In this document: positions 27,031-30,945 of the stretch, piece by piece
Numbering within the stretch: position 1 is the first letter of the stretch
Layout of the letters: every line of letters begins with the position of its first letter
IMG/VR virus record: IMGVR_UViG_3300016464_000103
Location: 1-30,945 of that record
Direction: 5' to 3' (one strand)
Source: a virus
Taxonomy: Duplodnaviria; Caudoviricetes
DNA: 30,945 nucleotides
Made by a program: the position numbers and the translations under genes
Notes under the pieces: generated by a model
Database searches by the model: none
What the model saw: only the letters and a program-made list of their open reading frames with translations
What the model was told of the DNA's origin: nothing

Positions 27031-27245
27031 TTACGAAGCTTCACGAACTACCGCCAGATCATCACCTTCGAAATGCGCCGATTCGAAGCATTGGAGCAAC
27101 CATCGTATGCCGGCACACAAAATCCAAACGAGACCCTTCCACTTGGAATATCAAAGACAATACATACAACGAATTGAACGATTCATGGCAAAACAACTTC
27201 GACTGGATAGTTGCAGACGAAACGTCAACACATCCTTTGAAATAG
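27027..27245 (+). CDS. Hypothetical protein
   Basis: ATGA overlap with upstream gene. Confidence 0.55.
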   Translation: MITKLHELPPDHHLRNAPIRSIGATIVCRHTKSKRDPSTWNIKDNTYNELNDSWQNNFDWIVADETSTHPLK

Positions 27246-27532
27246 ATTACCGACTGCTTACATCACTACAACAACAAGCCAACAAGCTCGGATTCAAATC
27301 TTGGGGCGCATATCTTAGACACGTTCTTGATTTCCACATACTAACATTCCATCCAGAACTATTGCATGAGCATATTACAACGACTCGGAATCACCAAATC
27401 AGCCATCTCAAAGATTCTTGGAATCAAAGAGACGCCAGAGCCAAAAGGCAAAAGGCGGGCCAAGCGAAAGAGCTACACCGGCAGGAAGAAATGGAACATC
27501 CCGCAAAGCACCGTCGATGCAATCAGGCTTGA
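27185..27532 (+). CDS. Possible ribbon-helix-helix protein (start and 3' overlap uncertain)
   Basis: NTSFEIDYRLLTSLQQQANKLGFKSWGAYLRHVL fills the 27246-27365 gap. Confidence 0.4.
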   Translation: MAKQLRLDSCRRNVNTSFEIDYRLLTSLQQQANKLGFKSWGAYLRHVLDFHILTFHPELLHEHITTTRNHQISHLKDSWNQRDARAKRQKAGQAKELHRQEEMEHPAKHRRCNQA

Positions 27533-27632
27533 GCCGGATCACAGGACTCTGACCGAGCTTGCCCACAAATACAAAGTCTCCGTCTATTGGGTCTGGAGCG
27601 TTCGCAAGAATCGCATTAGGGTTGCGAAATGA
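27366..27632 (+). CDS. Basic HTH-containing protein
   Basis: C-terminal TLTELAHKYKVSVYWVWSVRKNR. Confidence 0.6.
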   Translation: MSILQRLGITKSAISKILGIKETPEPKGKRRAKRKSYTGRKKWNIPQSTVDAIRLEPDHRTLTELAHKYKVSVYWVWSVRKNRIRVAK

Positions 27633-27811
27633 ACTACCGATGCAAATCAAAGCCAACGACCATCGTCCAATTCGTCTCGGAAGCCCAACTGCGGATCGGT
27701 GAGATCAAGCGTCTGTGCGTGATCTACCAACGGGACGGGATCTATTACGTCCGTCCGAAAGCCGAGTTCTTCGACAAGTTTGAGCTGGACGATACACCGA
27801 TTCCGAGCTAG
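27629..27811 (+). CDS. Small DUF1653-like protein
   Basis: VIYQRDGIYYVRPKAEFFDKF motif. Confidence 0.5.
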   Translation: MNYRCKSKPTTIVQFVSEAQLRIGEIKRLCVIYQRDGIYYVRPKAEFFDKFELDDTPIPS

Positions 27812-27821
27812 ACGTTAGGAA

Positions 27822-27959
27822 GTCAGCGCGAGCCGTAGGAAGCAAGCGTTGACCAACCATACCACAAGCCATGTTCAACCAATTTATCCCCACCCTTTCT
27901 GTGTACGTCCCGTTGCTTGTGCGGGAGTTCCTACCACAGATTGGGTGGGGTTTCTGTTT
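27822..27959 (+). promoter_or_regulatory. Structured RNA leader/attenuator upstream of the replication initiator
   Basis: Hairpin 27822-27853; long interrupted hairpin 27888-27950 followed by TTTCTGTTT; mutually complementary unpaired 7-mers. Confidence 0.65.
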
Positions 27960-27990
27960 GATACATGAACGAAAAAAAGAAATCCCGTAA
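27871..27990 (+). CDS. Possible leader peptide, 39 aa (MFNQFIPTLSVYVPLLVREFLPQIGWGFCLIHERKKEIP)
   Basis: Translated by hand; preceded by the genome's A/C-rich leader; runs through the hairpin and overlaps the initiator start. Confidence 0.35.
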   Translation: MFNQFIPTLSVYVPLLVREFLPQIGWGFCLIHERKKEIP

Positions 27991-28765
27991 GGCTCCAGCC
28001 TTTCAATTCTATGCAGACGACTTCTTGGCAGGCACATCTGACATGAGCGCCGAAGAGGTTGGTGGATACATTCGACTTCTTTGCCACCAATGGACGAAGG
28101 GAGCTATCCCAAACGATCCAGATCGCGCCGCACGAATGGCGGGCCTAATGGGGTCGCCATCGGTTGGCTATGTTCTGGCTAAGTTCTCGCTATGCGAAGA
28201 CGGGATGCTTCGGAATGCAAGATTGGAGAAAGTTAGAGAGGAGCAGGCAGCATTTAGTGCCAGACAATCGACATCCGGCAAATCTGGAGCGCAAAAGCGA
28301 TGGTCTAAATGCCAGAATGATGGCGACCCTAATGGCGACCCTAATGGGGTTGCCATAGCGACCCCAATGGCGACCCCAATAGCCACAGCATGGCCAGACG
28401 ATAGCTCTCCATCTCCATCTCCTAATAAGAAAGATACAAAGGCTCCTCCGTCGCCATGGGATGTCGGCTTCGGAGTTGAACTTCCCGAAAGCTTTAGGAC
28501 CGAAAACTGCCTTCAAGCCGTCAAGCTATGGCTCCAACACAAATCCGAAAGAAGGCAACCCTACAAGAAGACCGGACTGTCAAAAGCTTTGACCCAATGG
28601 TCTAACGAGTTCTCCGCTGCCGAGTTCCCGAGCATTGTTGACCACGCAATCGCTGCAAATTGGTCTGGAATCTTCCGGCCGAAGCAGAGCCAGCAGACAT
28701 CGCTCGCAATGCAGGCCCATCCGAAGACGGTTCTTTCAACCAATCTTGCGGACTACATCTCGTGA
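27965..28765 (+). CDS. Replication initiator, DUF1376/YdaU-like
   Basis: PAFQFYADDFLAGTSDMSAEEVGGYIRLLCHQW...NARLEKVRE...GKSGAQKRW; C-terminal AIAANWSGIF; precedes DnaB. Confidence 0.85.
   Translation: MNEKKKSRKAPAFQFYADDFLAGTSDMSAEEVGGYIRLLCHQWTKGAIPNDPDRAARMAGLMGSPSVGYVLAKFSLCEDGMLRNARLEKVREEQAAFSARQSTSGKSGAQKRWSKCQNDGDPNGDPNGVAIATPMATPIATAWPDDSSPSPSPNKKDTKAPPSPWDVGFGVELPESFRTENCLQAVKLWLQHKSERRQPYKKTGLSKALTQWSNEFSAAEFPSIVDHAIAANWSGIFRPKQSQQTSLAMQAHPKTVLSTNLADYIS
28320..28378. repeat. Iteron-like 12-bp repeats ATRGCGACCCYA inside the initiator gene (probable origin)
   Basis: Direct copies at 28320, 28332, 28355, 28367; inverted copies at 28344-28356 and 28148-28160. Confidence 0.75.
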
Positions 28766-30057
28766 CAACTCCATTCTATTCCGAAGAAGACGAGTTTGGG
28801 TTGATCGGAGCCTGTATCTCTGGGGGCCAAGATGTTTGTTTTGACGCCTTCGCAGACATTCCATCCGAAGCAATCCAACACGATCAACTCCGCGCAACGT
28901 ACGAAGCGTTGCGAAGCATGGTCAGCCAATCGAAGCCGATCACGCTGCCGGAGTTGATGAACGAATGGAAGCGGACCCACGGCTCTGAGCCAGTCCCGTT
29001 TGAGGCATGGAACCGCTGCGATGAGCTTTGCCCATCTCCTGCCGGATACCAGATGTTCGCCAAGAACGTCTTGGAAGCCCATCACCGTCGCCAGCTACGA
29101 GCCGCAGGAGACCGCCTGATACGCGAGTCCGCTGTCATGACCCTTCCGGTCGATCAAATCGTCGCCAATGCCGAAGCGGGGCTCAGCGTTGAGGTCTCTA
29201 AGGAAACGGTTCAAACCTCAAAAGCGGTGGTGAGCCGATTCATCGACTCCACGCAGGACCGTTTCAATCGTCGCGGACAACTCAGCGGGGTGACCTCTGG
29301 CTTCCATTGGCTCGACCGGATGACCGATGGATTCCAGTTTGGTGAGCTCGCCATTCTTGCCGCCCGTCCATCCATCGGTAAAACCGCCATGGCTATTGCC
29401 ATCGCTGAAGCTGCGACCGTACGAGCCAAGACACCAACACTCTTTGTGTCTCTGGAAATGTCCGACGAATCCATCGTCCGGCGGATGGTTGCGACCGTTG
29501 GCTCCGTGCCGATGCAGCAGATCAAGACTGGAGAGATGACAGAAGCTGGATTCCGTTCGATGAATGCCGCCAATGCCAAGATCGCATCCAGTCCGCTGCA
29601 CTTCGCTTCCGGCTCTCAAGTCTCAAACATCGCATCCATCACAGCACTAATCAGGCGCTCGGTCCGTAAGTGGGGCATCAAGCTGGTCATCATTGACTAC
29701 CTCCAAAAGATCCACGGTACCAAATCAGCTGAGAAGAGGACCTACGAGATCGCGGAGGTTAGCGGAAAGCTCAAGTCAGTCGCTGTTGATACAAAGGCCG
29801 CAATTGTGGCTCTTGCTCAGCTAAACCGCGAAAACGAAAAGGACAAAGGTCGCGCCCCAAAGCTGACCGATCTCGCAGACTCCGGCCAGATAGAGCGGGA
29901 CGCAGACTTGGTTCTCCTTCTCAACAGGGATCGCAATCAACCCAAAGGAGAAGCCATTGTTGTCATCGCAAAGCAACGAGACGGTGAGTGCGGCATCGTA
30001 AAGCTCTGGTATGACGGTGAGTTCTGCCGGTTTTCCGACGCATCCATCGACCCGTAA
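28762..30057 (+). CDS. dnaB: Replicative DNA helicase, DnaB family
   Basis: AARPSIGKT, SLEM, IIDYLQ, LAQLNRE, DLADSGQIERDAD, AKQRDG; GTGA overlap start. Confidence 0.95.
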   Translation: MTTPFYSEEDEFGLIGACISGGQDVCFDAFADIPSEAIQHDQLRATYEALRSMVSQSKPITLPELMNEWKRTHGSEPVPFEAWNRCDELCPSPAGYQMFAKNVLEAHHRRQLRAAGDRLIRESAVMTLPVDQIVANAEAGLSVEVSKETVQTSKAVVSRFIDSTQDRFNRRGQLSGVTSGFHWLDRMTDGFQFGELAILAARPSIGKTAMAIAIAEAATVRAKTPTLFVSLEMSDESIVRRMVATVGSVPMQQIKTGEMTEAGFRSMNAANAKIASSPLHFASGSQVSNIASITALIRRSVRKWGIKLVIIDYLQKIHGTKSAEKRTYEIAEVSGKLKSVAVDTKAAIVALAQLNRENEKDKGRAPKLTDLADSGQIERDADLVLLLNRDRNQPKGEAIVVIAKQRDGECGIVKLWYDGEFCRFSDASIDP

Positions 30058-30066
30058 ACAATTTGT

Positions 30067-30096
30067 TTGCAACGCCAGAAACCCAACGTTAGGTTT
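30067..30096 (+). promoter_or_regulatory. Sigma70-like promoter overlapped by operator AAACCCAACGTTAGGTTT (30079-30096)
   Basis: TTGCAA - 17 bp - TAGGTT; third copy of the palindrome. Confidence 0.7.
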
Positions 30097-30122
30097 TCAC
30101 CGCACAACCAACCATTCAAACC

Positions 30123-30404
30123 ATGACCATCGGAAAAATTGACTGCACCAAGATCGACAAGACGTTTCTGTTCAAAGGTAAGGCTGGAACGTATTTGGAT
30201 ATCGCATTGATTCCAAACAAGAACGGACGCGATCAATACGGCAATGATGGCATGATCGTTCAATCCGTATCTAAACAAGCCAGACAAGATGGGAAGCGCG
30301 GACCCATTCTTGGCAATTACGTTGAGATGGAAGACAAACGCACAGAGGAACCAAAGAAGTCCGTTCCGTTAGACATTGGACCAGACGACGACATCCCGTT
30401 CTGA
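30123..30404 (+). CDS. Small ssDNA-binding-like protein with acidic tail
   Basis: Ends DDDIPF like SSB C-termini; GTYLDI...DQYGN...PILGN. Confidence 0.6.
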   Translation: MTIGKIDCTKIDKTFLFKGKAGTYLDIALIPNKNGRDQYGNDGMIVQSVSKQARQDGKRGPILGNYVEMEDKRTEEPKKSVPLDIGPDDDIPF

Positions 30405-30408
30405 TATT

Positions 30409-30852
30409 ATGGGCGGACGCAACGAATACCTCACCAAGAAGGTTGGGCATGACGAGATCGAGCGGCTCGATCCGTTGGAGATGCAACGCCGGATCACACT
30501 ACTCAATCAAGCGCCCAACATCATCAGCAATGCGATTGCTCGCGGCTGGATCTCGTATCCATACAGAGTCGAGAACCCAAAGCCAAAGCCAGATGCATCT
30601 AAGTTCGTTGGCAATTACGATTGCTTGAGAGCTTATCAACTCAGGTCAACCGGAATGACCATCAAAGACCTTTGCCAGTTCATGAAGTGTTCTCATGGTC
30701 GAATCGCAGCCATACTCCGAAGAGGTGAGGAGATGGCAATCCAACAACGTATTGATGAAGTCAATGCCAACATCATCAAGCGCGACAAACAGCAAAGCAC
30801 AAAGGCTTTATCTAACACAAAGCCGCAACGTAATAACACAAAGCGCAAGTGA
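30409..30852 (+). CDS. HTH protein, candidate late-gene regulator
   Basis: AYQLRSTGMTIKDLCQFMKCSHGRIAAILRRG; last gene before the genome end and late operon. Confidence 0.55.
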   Translation: MGGRNEYLTKKVGHDEIERLDPLEMQRRITLLNQAPNIISNAIARGWISYPYRVENPKPKPDASKFVGNYDCLRAYQLRSTGMTIKDLCQFMKCSHGRIAAILRRGEEMAIQQRIDEVNANIIKRDKQQSTKALSNTKPQRNNTKRK

Positions 30853-30933
30853 TATTACTATTGCAACCAAATGCAAATGACGATGCCGTTGCCAATTTTA
30901 TTAGGAGGCTCCCAGACACCCCCCAAATGCGGG

Positions 30934-30945
30934 TGATCGCGCGGG
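30934..30945. repeat. Right copy of 12-nt terminal direct repeat
   Basis: TGATCGCGCGGG identical to 3-14. Confidence 0.7.

Noticed and set aside
27806-27821. Fourth operator copy (agctagacgttaggaa)
   Set aside because: Only the right half resembles the palindrome; too degenerate
27971-27979. A-AAA-AAG slippery heptamer at the initiator start
   Set aside because: A -1 shift would hit a stop within a few codons; explained by a Lys-rich N-terminus

Overview
Apparently complete, ~30.9 kb tailed dsDNA phage genome. All credible genes are on the + strand, and the 12-nt sequence TGATCGCGCGGG is repeated at both ends (cos-like). The left ~21 kb is a lambda-style late module: terminase small subunit, an inserted ParB-methyltransferase and PD-(D/E)xK nuclease, GpA terminase, portal, ClpP protease fused to the major capsid protein, head/neck fibre genes, membrane/lysis genes, neck, tail tube, a short tape measure and tail-tip genes. 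The right ~10 kb holds recombination/replication genes (Bet-like annealase, DUF2800-like exonuclease, MazG-like, SSB-like, RusA, DUF1376-like initiator with iterons, DnaB) and many small ORFs. No integrase, CI-like repressor, tRNA, CRISPR or reverse transcriptase was recognised. Most notable: (1) an array of mosaic mini-genes joined by a conserved 17-nt junction AGGAGGCCAAGCCGTGA; (2) a two-hairpin RNA switch with a leader ORF upstream of the initiator; (3) a 16-bp palindromic operator in three promoters; (4) short shared peptide motifs suggesting modular fibre docking; (5) an unexplained structured intergenic RNA. All product calls come from motif recognition by eye; no database search was run.
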